In this document: piece after piece, positions 1-10,400 of the stretch | Layout: each line of letters begins with the position of its first letter | How positions within the stretch are numbered: position 1 is the first letter of the stretch | Assembly (NCBI GenBank): GCA_012033195.1 | Contig: JAAUSQ010000001.1 | Coordinates: 5,565-69,564, forward strand | Source: Chloroflexaceae bacterium | GTDB lineage: Bacteria; Chloroflexota; Chloroflexia; Chloroflexales; Chloroflexaceae | Reading direction: 5' to 3' | DNA length: 64,000 bases | Position numbers and translations under genes: made by a program | The notes under the pieces: generated by a model | The model's input: only the letters and a program-made list of their open reading frames with translations | Told to the model about the DNA's origin: nothing | Database searches by the model: none

Positions 1-1666
1 TCACCACGGCAATCACTTTGCCGCCACGTGCATGCACCTGCTCGATATTGCTGAGCATCTTTTCGTACACGCCATCGCGGGGTGCAATGCAGATTACTGG
101 CATCTGCTCATCAATCAGCGCCACCGGACCGTGCTTCATCTCGCCTGCCGGGTAGCCCTCGGCATGAATATAGCTAATCTCTTTCAGCTTCAGCGCCCCT
201 TCCAGGGCTATCGGGTAGCTCACCTGCCGCCCCAGGTACAGTGTGCTATTGGCAGTGTAATAGCGCTCGGCCAGCATCCGCGCCTGTGCTGCCGTCTTTT
301 CGAGCGTCTGGGCCGCTTTCCCCGGCAGCGTGCCCAGTTCGCGTATGTGCGCCGCAAGCTCTGCCGCCGATAACGTGCCGCGTACTTCTGCCAGACGCAG
401 CGCCAGCAGATAGGCGGTTGCCAGCATGCTGGTAAAGCACTTGGTGGAGGCAACCCCAATTTCGGGGCCAGCGTGCAGATACAGCGCTCCCCCATCGGCG
501 AGGCGGGCCGCCTGACTGCCAACCACATTGACAATCGCCACACTCGGCGCACCCTGGCGGCGGGCCTCTTCCATCGCTGCCAGCGTGTCCACTGTTTCCC
601 CACTCTGGCTGAAGGCGAGCACCATCGCCCCGGCACCGATCACCGGGTCGCGGTAGCGGAACTCGCTGCCATAGTCTACCTCGACCCGCACCCGCGCCAG
701 CTTTTCAATCATAAACTTGCTGACAAGCGCCGCGTGCCACGCCGTTCCACACGCCACCGCATAGATCCGGTCGATGCCGCGCAACTGCGCCTCGTCCAGC
801 AGCAGGTCGTCGAGGCGCAGCGTGCCCGCTTCCAGATCGACGCGTCCGCGCAGTACATCCATCAGGGCACGGGGTTGCTCATACATCTCTTTCTGCATAA
901 AGTGGTCGAAGTCACCCTTCGCAGCGCTCTCGGTGTCCCAGGTTACCAGCGTGGGCAGACGCTCAATGCTGGCCCCCTCGCGGTTGCGAAGCACAACGCC
1001 CTCGGCGCTCACAACAGCCATATCGCCATCTTCCAGAAAGATAAGCTGGTGCGTGTAGCCCAAGACTGCCGGAATATCGGAGGCGATCAGCGTTTCGCCT
1101 GCGCCAAGCCCGATCACCACGCCGCCCGCATTGCCAAGCCGTGCGGCCACCAGTTTATCTGGCTCGTGGATACTGAAGGCGACCACCGCATTGCCGCCGT
1201 GCAGGTCGTGCAGGGTACGCTGCACAGCGTCGGTCAGGTCGTGGGTGTCGCGGTAATATGCGCCAACCAAGTGCGCGATGACCTCGGTATCGGTCTGAGA
1301 GTGGAAGGTGTGGCCCGCCGCGATCAGGCGCTCTTTCAATTCTTGATAGTTTTCGACAATGCCATTCTGCACCACAACAATGGTACCGCTCTCGTCGCGG
1401 TGGGGGTGCGCATTCGCTTCGGTGACCGCGCCGTGGGTGGCCCAGCGCGTGTGGCCTAGCCCGATCTGACCGGCCAAGGTGCGCCCGTTCAGGCGGTCGG
1501 TGAGGAAGTGCAGCTTGCCCACGCTACGCTCGATCTGTAGGCCGGCTGTGGCATCGTAGACGGCAATGCCCGCCGAGTCGTAGCCCCGATATTCCAGCCG
1601 TTGCAAGCCCTGCAATACCACCTGCTGCGCCTGCCGTGTGCCAACATAGCCAACAATACCACACAT
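1..1666 (-). CDS. glmS: glutamine--fructose-6-phosphate aminotransferase GlmS (C-terminal end lies beyond window start)
   Basis: Minus-strand frame is open from ATG 1666-1664 to the window edge. It is absent from the ORF track because there is no in-window stop. Translation starts MCGIVGYVGTRQAQQVVLQGLQRLEYRGYDSAGIAV, the Cys1 class-II amidotransferase N-terminus typical of GlmS. GGAGG lies 9 nt upstream. Confidence 0.9.
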   Translation of the reverse strand, partial: MCGIVGYVGTRQAQQVVLQGLQRLEYRGYDSAGIAVYDATAGLQIERSVGKLHFLTDRLNGRTLAGQIGLGHTRWATHGAVTEANAHPHRDESGTIVVVQNGIVENYQELKERLIAAGHTFHSQTDTEVIAHLVGAYYRDTHDLTDAVQRTLHDLHGGNAVVAFSIHEPDKLVAARLGNAGGVVIGLGAGETLIASDIPAVLGYTHQLIFLEDGDMAVVSAEGVVLRNREGASIERLPTLVTWDTESAAKGDFDHFMQKEMYEQPRALMDVLRGRVDLEAGTLRLDDLLLDEAQLRGIDRIYAVACGTAWHAALVSKFMIEKLARVRVEVDYGSEFRYRDPVIGAGAMVLAFSQSGETVDTLAAMEEARRQGAPSVAIVNVVGSQAARLADGGALYLHAGPEIGVASTKCFTSMLATAYLLALRLAEVRGTLSAAELAAHIRELGTLPGKAAQTLEKTAAQARMLAERYYTANSTLYLGRQVSYPIALEGALKLKEISYIHAEGYPAGEMKHGPVALIDEQMPVICIAPRDGVYEKMLSNIEQVHARGGKVIAVV

Positions 1667-1889
1667 AGTTTATTGTCCTCCATAGGATAAAAAGGCTTAC
1701 CAATAGAACACACCGAGTCGGAACCAGATGGCAGGCACGGGTATACAACGTTGCACCCTGTACTGTGCATGCACAGCTCAGGGTTGGCGGCAGACCGCAC
1801 CCGGCTCTGGTTCATCCAGATACTATGAAAACTATGTGGGGAGAAGTGACACAATTAAACTGTGTCGGAATGGTGGCGCACTGTGTTTT

Positions 1890-2088
1890 GCTTTGTCCTG
1901 GCCCGTCACCGGGAGGCGTTGTCGAAACACGCAACAGGATGTGGCCTGATCCTGGGAGGCATCCGCTGAACCTTCGATTTTCCGGGTGCTCGTCTGGCGA
2001 CCCGTTACCCCCACCATGCGGCGGGGAACCTCCACCTCGTCAACTTCGGCCCATCAGCAAATGGCTGGCGGACGAAGTCCATGCGCTT
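1890..2088 (-). ncRNA. glmS ribozyme (GlcN6P-activated self-cleaving riboswitch) in the glmS leader
   Basis: Minus strand reads AA/AGCGCAUGGACUUCGUCCGCC...CCGAAGUUGACGAGGUGGAGGUU...AAUCGAAGGUUCAGCGGAUGCCUCCCAGG. This matches the conserved glmS ribozyme blocks recalled from memory: the A/GCGCC cleavage site, UUGACGAGGAUGGAGGUU and UUCGGCGGAUGCCUCCCGGC. It is upstream of and co-oriented with glmS. Boundaries are approximate. Confidence 0.8.
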
Positions 2089-2257
2089 TATGTGTCCTGG
2101 TCGGTAGGTGTTTATCCCTCCTGGCAGTGCTCCCCCGCACTACCCGCTTGATTGAATGCGCTCTGTGAAGACTATAACACACCCATGCGCTGCCGTCCAA
2201 TCTTGGAAACGTGCTACCATGCCTGCATTGTTTATCTGTACATGGAGGTTGACGACA

Positions 2258-4060
2258 ATGACACTCACACTGCCCCATCGCGCCGATGTTGCGCCGGAAT
2301 ATACCTGGAGCCTGACCGATCTGTATGCCACGCCCACCGATTGGGAAACGGCCTACACTGCAATGCAGCACGATATCCAGCAGATCGAGCCGTTCCGAGG
2401 GCGGCTCGGTGAGTCGCCTGCCGTGTTGCTGAATATGTTCCAGACTTGGGAGCGGCTTGGTATGTTGATGTATCGCTTGGTTATCTATGCCCGCCTCGAC
2501 TCGGATACCGACACCACCAACCAGACGCGCACCGAACGGCTGAACCGGGTGCTTGGTTTAGCCACGCGCTACTTTGCGGCCACCTCGTTCATCGAGCCAG
2601 AATTGCTGGAGTTGGAACCAGCCACGCTCACCAGCATGGTTGCGGCAGCGCCGGGCCTTCAGACGTATACCCACTTCCTCGACGATGTGCAGCGCCGCCG
2701 CGAGCATGTGCGCTCTGCCGAGATTGAGGCGATTGTGGCGCAGGCGGGGCAGCCACTCGGCACGCCCTGGAATGCGTATCAGGTGCTGACCGACGGAGAG
2801 ATTATCTTCCGTCCGGCCCACGACAGCAGCGGGCAAGCGCACGAGGTCGCGCAGGGCACGATTGACGCGCTCTTGCTGGATGCCGACCGCACCCTTCGCA
2901 AGAGTGCATGGGAGGCGTACGCTGATGGCTTCTTGCAGGTGAAGAACACCCAGGCGGCACTGCTGGCGGGCAATGTGCAGTCGAATATCTTTTATGCACG
3001 GGTGCACAACTTTGCCACGGCACGCCAGGCGGCACTGTTTGCCAACAATATTCCAGTCGCCGTGTTCGACAATCTGATTGACGCGTGTAATCGGCACCTC
3101 CCGATCTGGCACCGCTACTGGCACATTCGGCGGCGGGCGCTTGGCCTGGAAAAGCTAGAGGTGTGTGATATCTTCGCACCACTGGCCAGTGCGGAAACGC
3201 CCGTACCTTATCAGCAGGCGGTGGACTGGATCTGTGCAGGGTTGCAGCCGCTTGGTGATGCATATGTGCAGGTGTCGCGGGCAGGTATGACAAGCGGGCG
3301 TTGGGTGGATATCTACCCCAACCGGGGCAAGCGCAACGGGGCCTACTCGAATGGGGCGTATGGCGTGCATCCCTATATTCTGATGAGCTATACCGATAAT
3401 CTGGAAAGTATGAGCACGCTAGCGCACGAACTGGGCCACGCGCTGCACTCGTACCTCTCGAATGAGCATCAGACCTTCCTCAATGCGGGGTATACCATTT
3501 TTGCTGCCGAGGTTGCATCAAACTTTAATCAGGCAATGGTGCGGGCCTACCTGCTGCGCGAGAACGATGACCCGGCTTTTCAGATTGGTGTGATCGAAGA
3601 GGCGATGCGAAACTTCCACCGCTATCTCTTCCTGATGCCGATCCTGGCGCAGTTTGAGCGCACCATTCACGAGCGGGTAGAGCATGGCGAGGCGCTCACC
3701 GCCGATGGGTTGGGGGCGCTGCTGGTGGGATTGTTCAACCGTAGTTATGGTGATGCCTTCGCGATTGATGCAGAACGGGTTGGTATCACGTGGGCGCAGT
3801 TTGTCCATATGTATATGAACTTCTATGTGTATCAGTATGCATCGGGCATTGCTGCCGCCAATGCACTCGCCGACCGGGTGCTGGCAGGCGAGGAAGGCAT
3901 TGTCGAGCGCTACCTGACCTTTTTGCAGGCGGGCGGCTCACGTTACCCGCTGGATGCGCTGGCCGCCGCCGGTATTGATATGACCAGCCCGGAGCCGATA
4001 GATCGGGCGTTTGCGGTGCTGGAAGGCTTCGTCAATCGGCTGGATGAGCTAACCCGGTGA
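2258..4060 (+). CDS. pepF: oligoendopeptidase F (M3B metallopeptidase)
   Basis: ORF 2156..4060 trimmed to ATG 2258, which has GGAGG 10 nt upstream. HELGHALH zinc motif. About 600 aa with PepF-like sequence throughout. Confidence 0.85.
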   Translation: MTLTLPHRADVAPEYTWSLTDLYATPTDWETAYTAMQHDIQQIEPFRGRLGESPAVLLNMFQTWERLGMLMYRLVIYARLDSDTDTTNQTRTERLNRVLGLATRYFAATSFIEPELLELEPATLTSMVAAAPGLQTYTHFLDDVQRRREHVRSAEIEAIVAQAGQPLGTPWNAYQVLTDGEIIFRPAHDSSGQAHEVAQGTIDALLLDADRTLRKSAWEAYADGFLQVKNTQAALLAGNVQSNIFYARVHNFATARQAALFANNIPVAVFDNLIDACNRHLPIWHRYWHIRRRALGLEKLEVCDIFAPLASAETPVPYQQAVDWICAGLQPLGDAYVQVSRAGMTSGRWVDIYPNRGKRNGAYSNGAYGVHPYILMSYTDNLESMSTLAHELGHALHSYLSNEHQTFLNAGYTIFAAEVASNFNQAMVRAYLLRENDDPAFQIGVIEEAMRNFHRYLFLMPILAQFERTIHERVEHGEALTADGLGALLVGLFNRSYGDAFAIDAERVGITWAQFVHMYMNFYVYQYASGIAAANALADRVLAGEEGIVERYLTFLQAGGSRYPLDALAAAGIDMTSPEPIDRAFAVLEGFVNRLDELTR

Positions 4061-4073
4061 TAGTCGGGGGTAG

Positions 4074-4138
4074 GAAAGCGCAAAGCGCAGCACACCTGCT
4101 CTCCGCGCCGCTTGCCCAGGTTGTGCGCCTTGCGCTTC
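4074..4138. repeat. inverted pair of the dispersed GAAGCGCAA(A/G)GCGC element
   Basis: GAAAGCGCAAAGCGCAGCACACC (4074-4096) and its imperfect reverse complement GGTTGTGCGCCTTGCGCTTC (4119-4138). They sit in the convergent gap after pepF, next to the G/C-tract sequence CCCCCTCACCCCCGGCCCCCTCTC...GGGGCAAGGGGG. Confidence 0.6.
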
Positions 4139-4198
4139 TATCCCCCTCACCCCCGGCCCCCTCTCTCACTGCGGGGCAAGGGGGTAACCGTGTGACCC

Positions 4199-5230
4199 CT
4201 ATGCCCCTTCGCCGTCTGCCGCGTGGCTCCCGTCCCGCGCCCCTTGTCCTGCGACGGCTGCGGAGGTGAGGGGGGTATAGGTCGCCAGGGCAAGCTGTAA
4301 CCCGTTCTGTCCGGTGCGCCAGCGCACCCATCCGACCGTGAGCGCACTACCAAGCGCAATGGTGAGCAGGCCCATCAGTCCGGCTTCTGGCCCGAATGCG
4401 CCGCCTGTCCAGAGCGGCGGGCCACCCTGCTCGATGCTAAAAACACCAACCCGTGTGAAGTCCTGCCCACTGACCGGAAAGCCAAACACGGTGCCCTGAA
4501 AAAAGTTCCAGGTGATGTGTAAGCCAATCGAGATAGCAAGCTGTCCGGTCAGGACATAACCAAGCCCCAGGAACAACCCGGCAATGATCAAATTCAGCGT
4601 ACTGATTGGGGTTGCGTTCGGGTTGAATGCATGCAGGATGCCGAAGATGCTAGATGAGATTAGCCAGGCGACGACGATTGCCGGACGTGCCCCGAAGCGC
4701 CCCAATCCTTCGGCAAGGTTCCGTAGCAGGTAGCCCCGTGTCAGCAGTTCTTCGTAGATGCCCACACTGAGAAAGAGCACTACCGGCGACAGCAGCGCCA
4801 GCACAAACGACTGCCCCGGCTGTGTGGTCTGGAAGGTGCCCGTAATGGTGATCCAGCCGAGTGCCAGTTCGACTACAAAAATCAGTGCCATCAGCAGCGC
4901 CCCCAGCAACAGCCCGAAGCCGAGATCAAGCCACCAGCCGCGATCCAGATGCAAGCCGTAGCCACTGAGCGGGCGACGGTCGAGCAGCACGCCGCCCAGC
5001 CACAGCGCCAAAATGGTAGCCAGACAGGAAACCAGCGCAAACAGGCTGATGCTGGCATGCTGGCCGAGGGCGGCCTGCTCCACGCCTGCCAGACCAAGCA
5101 GCGGTACCAGCACCACCGTGAGGCCTGTGATACTGGTTAACATGATGATGCCGTACAGGGTAATAAACAGCAGCAACCGCCAGATCATTCGCAGGCGGCG
5201 CTCGTGGGGGTTCCAGAAGACGGTTATCAT
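4199..5230 (-). CDS. CPBP family intramembrane glutamic endopeptidase (CAAX protease-like)
   Basis: ORF 4199..5356 trimmed to ATG 5230, which has AGGAG upstream. Multiple hydrophobic helices. CPBP motifs EELLTRGY, FGILH and HITWNF. Confidence 0.8.
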   Translation of the reverse strand: MITVFWNPHERRLRMIWRLLLFITLYGIIMLTSITGLTVVLVPLLGLAGVEQAALGQHASISLFALVSCLATILALWLGGVLLDRRPLSGYGLHLDRGWWLDLGFGLLLGALLMALIFVVELALGWITITGTFQTTQPGQSFVLALLSPVVLFLSVGIYEELLTRGYLLRNLAEGLGRFGARPAIVVAWLISSSIFGILHAFNPNATPISTLNLIIAGLFLGLGYVLTGQLAISIGLHITWNFFQGTVFGFPVSGQDFTRVGVFSIEQGGPPLWTGGAFGPEAGLMGLLTIALGSALTVGWVRWRTGQNGLQLALATYTPLTSAAVAGQGARDGSHAADGEGA

Positions 5231-5240
5231 ACAAACTCCT

Positions 5241-6742
5241 TTATGTCTGTGTAGTGCCGTCCTCCGGCATCGTTTCGGCAGCAGGCGCGGCAGGTGTGGC
5301 TGGTTGTACTTCGGCGATGTACCGCGCCACACGCGGCAGCACCAGCCTGTCGCCATCGGTGATGCCTACTTCGGCCAAGGCCCGTGCCACGTCTGCTACC
5401 AACGGCAGAGCGGGGGATGGGTCGGCGGCAGCGCTCCTCCTGCGACGCTCGGTGATGCCCACAGGTTGCGCGGGTGGCGCGGCAGGGGCAGCGCTTGTTA
5501 GTTCCCACAATGGTGCACTGCGAATACGTTGCACAGCAGGCCAGCCATACAGCCGCGCCAGAAAGCGCACATAACCCAGGGCCGCACCATCGAGGCTGTG
5601 CTGCTCGGCAACATAGGCGCGGGCATGGTCGCCAATCGCGGCGGCAAGAGCGGGTTGCTCGGCAAGGAGCCGCAGCACCGCGAGCATAAGATCGCCTTCG
5701 TGGGCATCGGTGTCGATCTGGATGGCGACGTGTGGCGGCAGTTCGGCAAAGGCTCCTGTGCGGCTAACCAGCGTGGGCCGCCCCGCACCAAGCAGCCGCA
5801 GCAGGCTCGCGCTTGTTTCGCCGGCGGTAGGGTGGCGCAGGTTGACACATACATCGGCGGCGGCGACATAGGCTTCAAAGTCGGCACGTGGCACATAGCC
5901 AGTAATGCTCACCACGTCGGCGAGGCCGAGCGCTCGACCAACCCTGCAACATCGTAGTGTGGCGAGACACTGCCCACCAGCACATAGCAAATATTGGGGC
6001 GCTCAGCTCGCAGCGCCACCAGTGCCCGCAGCGTTGGCTCCAGCCGCTTGTAGGCATTGATGTGCCCAAAGCTCGCTAGGACAAATGCATCGGTGGGCAG
6101 ACCGAGCCGCACCCGTGCCGCATGTTGTGAATTTACTTGCGGTAATGGCACTCCCATTGGTACAATAGTAGTTCGTAGATCGGGGCGCAGTGCCAGCACC
6201 CGCTCCCGCACATACTGGCTATGGGCAATCAGGCCATGTGCTGCGGCAATCACATCCTCGTTACAGGGATACTCAAAGGCTGCCTCGGTGAAGCGACTGC
6301 GAATCATTAACTGGGCGATATGGTCGCCTGCCGCGCCATAGCGCTGGTGCATTGCAGCCACGTACCGCTGAATATCGTGCTGCCGATTGGCGGCATACCA
6401 GAGCATAAAATGGTGCAGCACATAGTCGTGCAGCACCACCACACCCGGCACACGTTGTGCTATATCCCAGATACGCGCATGGGCGGGGCTGTTGCCAATG
6501 TGGTACAGGATAGCATCATATGGGCGGCGGCGGTGGTCGCGTTCGAGGCGGCGCAGCGGCAACACAGCGAGGTGTTGCGAAAGCTGTGGATTGGTGGGCC
6601 GCAGGTGCTCATCAAGATAGAGCGTTACATCGGCATAACGGGCGAGATAGGGCAGCAGTTCTTCTGAATAATCGGCGATGCCCGACGGGGCCGGATTGAC
6701 AGGCGAACAGTAGGCGATGCGTGCCGGGAACAATTGTGTCAT
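5241..6742 (-). pseudogene. GT4-family glycosyltransferase interrupted by one single-base frameshift (likely assembly error)
   Basis: ORFs 5909..6811 (N-terminal domain, start ATG 6742, MTQLFPARIAYCSPVNPAPSGIADYSEELL) and 5241..5990 (C-terminal domain, ...ITGYVPRADFEAYVAAADVCVNLRHPTAGETSASLLRLLGAGRPTLV) are two halves of one GT-B enzyme. The frames join near 5925-5936 (...YDVAGLVER|LGLADVVSITGYV...). The span is 1502 nt, one base short of a multiple of three. Confidence 0.8.
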
Positions 6743-7471
6743 ATATGTTGTATCCGTGTGATGTGCATCATTTGTACCAGAAGCACAAATTCTTGACAAG
6801 TTTTGTTGCACATTGTATACTCATGAAGATACTTCATTTTAACCTACTCTAGGAATCTATTCGGCAGGCCAGTACACCAGACACCTGCGCATAGTCGGGG
6901 TACAGCGCTGCTGGCAGAGGCTCGCCTGGCATAGTATTTATCTACGGTAAGAGCCTCGACACCTGACTGATACAACAACTTGCTTGTAATGCATCGTTGC
7001 ATCCACATCATCGGTGATGTCCCTACAGCATCCCTGTCCGGTACGGAATCTCCTTCGTACTACATATCAGGAGGCGGTAGCTGAGATGAACAACGGCGTT
7101 CGCCTGTTCTGTGCCTGCACAGAACGCTGTTAATGCCTTGCCCTTTGCATCTCGATACCACGGCACGCCGGTTTGCTAAGATCCGTTTCACGCCCGCTGC
7201 CCACAGTATCATTCTAGTGTAGTTTGCCTGGAAACACGGTCAGCTCTATACGACGATCCAGAACGTGATGTGCACTGGCACACCTGGCTCTGTTGTTATA
7301 CCTTTTTTGCACCGCTTCGCTGATGAGCGTGCCGTATCCCAGGTATTGGAATGGGCTTTGTGCTTGCAGTACAGATGCTAGTAAAGAGATAATGATTCAT
7401 TCTTTTTTGTTTCGATTTGTTTCCTTCTTGGTGGGATCGTCTGTTTTTGAACTGTGTAGGAGCAGGATACA

Positions 7472-10400
7472 ATGAACAAAACCGCACCCGGCATCTATGA
7501 GCAAACGCTCTATGACCCACGGTACGAGCACGATGCTTGCGGCATCGGCTTTGTGGCTCGTATCAATGGTCAGCCCGATCACGCCCTTCTCACGAAGGCG
7601 TTGACCGCACTGGCGAACCAGAAACATCGCGGCGCAGTAGCAGCCGATGCCAAAACCGGCGATGGTTCGGGCATTCTGACGCAGCTTCCGAAAACATTGT
7701 TGCTGCGCGAGTTAAAACGCCAGGGTGTGGAGGCCGATGCTGCGGATCTTGCGGTGGGGATGCTGTTCCTACCGCAGGATGCAGCCGGTGTGGAAGCAAG
7801 CCAGCAAATTATTGAAGCCGAGTTGACGCAGCGCGGCCTGACGGTGCTGGCGTGGCGCACTGTGCCCGCCGACGACGAGGCGCTGGGGCAGCGGGCACTG
7901 GAGATGAAGCCGACGATCAAGCAGGTGCTTATCACGCGGCCTGCTGGCTTGAACGACGAAAACTACGAACGCACGCTGTATGTAGCACGCAAGGCGATGG
8001 AACGCACCTTCACTGAGCAGCAGCTTTCAACCTATATTCCGTCGCTATCGTCGCGTACCATCGTTTACAAAGGCCTGTTAATGGGGCCGTATCTGGCAGA
8101 TTTTTATTACGACTTGCGCGACCCTGACTATACCACCGCGCTGGCTGTCTACCACGAGCGCTATTCAACCAACACGTTCCCAACCTGGGAGCGTGCACAG
8201 CCATTCCGAATGCTCTCGCATAACGGCGAGATTAACACCTTGCAGGGTAATGTCAACTGGATGCGTGCCCGCGAGAGCCGCCTGTACTTCCCGCAGATTT
8301 CCGGTCTGGCCCGTGAGTTGCCCACCGATGTTACGCCGGTGATCGCCCCACGCGGCAGCGACTCGGCGGCCCTCGATAACGCGCTGGAACTGATGGTACA
8401 GGGTGGGCGCGATATTCGCCACGCGATGGCTATGCTGGTGCCCGAAGCGTGGGAGCACGTGCCCGATATGGATGCCAACCTGCGTGCCTTTTATCAGTAT
8501 CACGCATGCCTCAGCGAGCCGTGGGACGGCCCGGCTGGTCTATCGTTCTCGGATGGACGCATTGTCGGCTCCACGCTCGACCGCAATGGCCTGCGTCCGG
8601 CACGCTTCCTGGTCACCCGCGATGGTTTGGTGGTCAGCGGCAGCGAGGCGGGGGTGGTTGAGGTGGACGATGCCGAAGTGATGCTGCGGGGACGGCTTGG
8701 CCCTGGGCAGATGCTGGCGGTTGACACACAGGCGGGGCGTGTCTATACCAATGCCGATATCAAGGCCGAACTTGCCAACCGTCAGCCGTATGCGGAATGG
8801 ATCGCGCAGCATATGCGACGGCTGGAAGATTGCCCCCTGCCAACCGATTACACGGTGGAACACAACGATGCCGAGCGCCGCACCGCGTTGCAGATGGCCT
8901 TCGGGTATACCAGCGAAGAGCTAAACGTTATTCTCAAGCCGATGCAGCGCGATGGCAAAGAGCCGGTCGGTTCGATGGGCGACGATACGCCGCTCACGGT
9001 GTTCTCGCAGGTCGATCCGGGTCGCCCGATTTACCAGTTCTTCAAGCAACGGTTTGCCGAAGTGACCAACCCGCCGATGGACCCGCTGCGCGAAGAAATG
9101 GTGATGTCGCTCAGCATTGGCCTGGGTAAGCGCGGCGACCTGCTGGACGAAACGCCAGAGCACGCGCATTTGCTGCAACTCACCTCGCCATTCCTGACCA
9201 ATGTGCAACTTGAGGCAATCCGCGCTGTTGACGACCCGCTCTTCAAGACAGCAACAATTTATGCGCTTCAGCCGGTTGGTGCGGATGAGGACGACGAAGC
9301 CGCCGAGCGTGTGATGCGTCGGGAGCTTGACCGCCTGCGCCGCGAGGCTGTGCAGGCCGTGCGCGATGGAGCCGCGATCATTATCATCAGTGACCGGGGC
9401 GTAGACGAGCAGCACGCCCCGATCCAGACGATGATTGCACTCGGTGCCGTCCACCATCACCTGATCCGGTCGGGACTGCGAACCAATGTCAGCCTGGTGG
9501 TGGAAAGCGGCGAACCGCGTGAAGTGCATCATATGGCCTGTCTGATCGGGTATGGAGCCGAGGCAATCAATCCGTATCTGGCACTTGAAACGGTCCGGGC
9601 AATGGCCTTCGGGTTGAGCCGGGGCAGGGGGGCAACCAACGGCACCAACGGCAACGGGGTGCACAGTAATGGCAACGGCTCACACAGCGCCGATCTGCTT
9701 GGGGACGATCTGGTGCGAACGGAAGAGGCCGAGGCCGAGCGCAACTATATTGAGGCGCTTGAAAAGGGCGTACTCAAGATTATGTCGAAGATGGGCATTT
9801 CGCCGCTCGATAGCTACTGTGGGGCGCAGATCTTCGAGATCATCGGACTGGATGATGCGATCATCAACGCGTGTTTTGCAGGCACCCCTCGCCTGTTGGT
9901 GGCATCGGCTACCGCGAACTGGCGCACAAAGTGCGCTCACGCCATGCGCGGGCCTTCAACCTGCCCGAAGGCGAAAAGGTTGATCTGCCGCACCCTGGCT
10001 TCTACAAGTTCAAGAAGAACGGCGAAGTGCACAGCTATAGCCCGCAGGTCATCCACGCAGCACACAAGGCGGCTCGCCACGCGATGGACGTAACAGGCGG
10101 CTTGTACCCGTCGATGGACACGGCCCTGCCGCAGTTCCAGGAGGGCTACGGCCACTACCGCGAGTACTCGGCCCTGATTGACCAGCGCCCGCCAACCGAA
10201 CTGCGCGACCTGCTGGAGATGCTGCCGGCTGGCCCACCGGTGCCGCTCGAAGCAGTGGAGCCAATAGAGGCCATTCTGAAGCGCTTCAGCACGGCAGCGA
10301 TGAGCCTGGGCGCAACCAGCACCGAGGCCCACGAAACACTGGCGATTGCGATGAACCGGCTGGGGGGGATGAGCAACAGCGGCGAAGGCGGCGAGGACGA

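Noticed and set aside
473-1459. 328-aa plus-strand ORF, together with 32..373, 774..1058 and others, overlapping the glmS region
   Set aside because: These lie antisense to a clear GlmS reading frame (MCGIVGY...). They have Arg/Ala/His-rich, low-information composition typical of shadow ORFs in GC-rich DNA, and no RBS.
9871-10093. ORF overlaps in gltB, the giant gene, the TPR gene and the glycosyltransferase genes as programmed ribosomal frameshift sites or true pseudogenes
   Set aside because: No slippery heptamer or stimulatory structure is shared between the sites. Twelve events occur in 64 kb, including in essential genes, mostly at homopolymers, and each is exactly plus or minus 1 nt. 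That fits sequencing error better. Real mutations cannot be excluded without reads.
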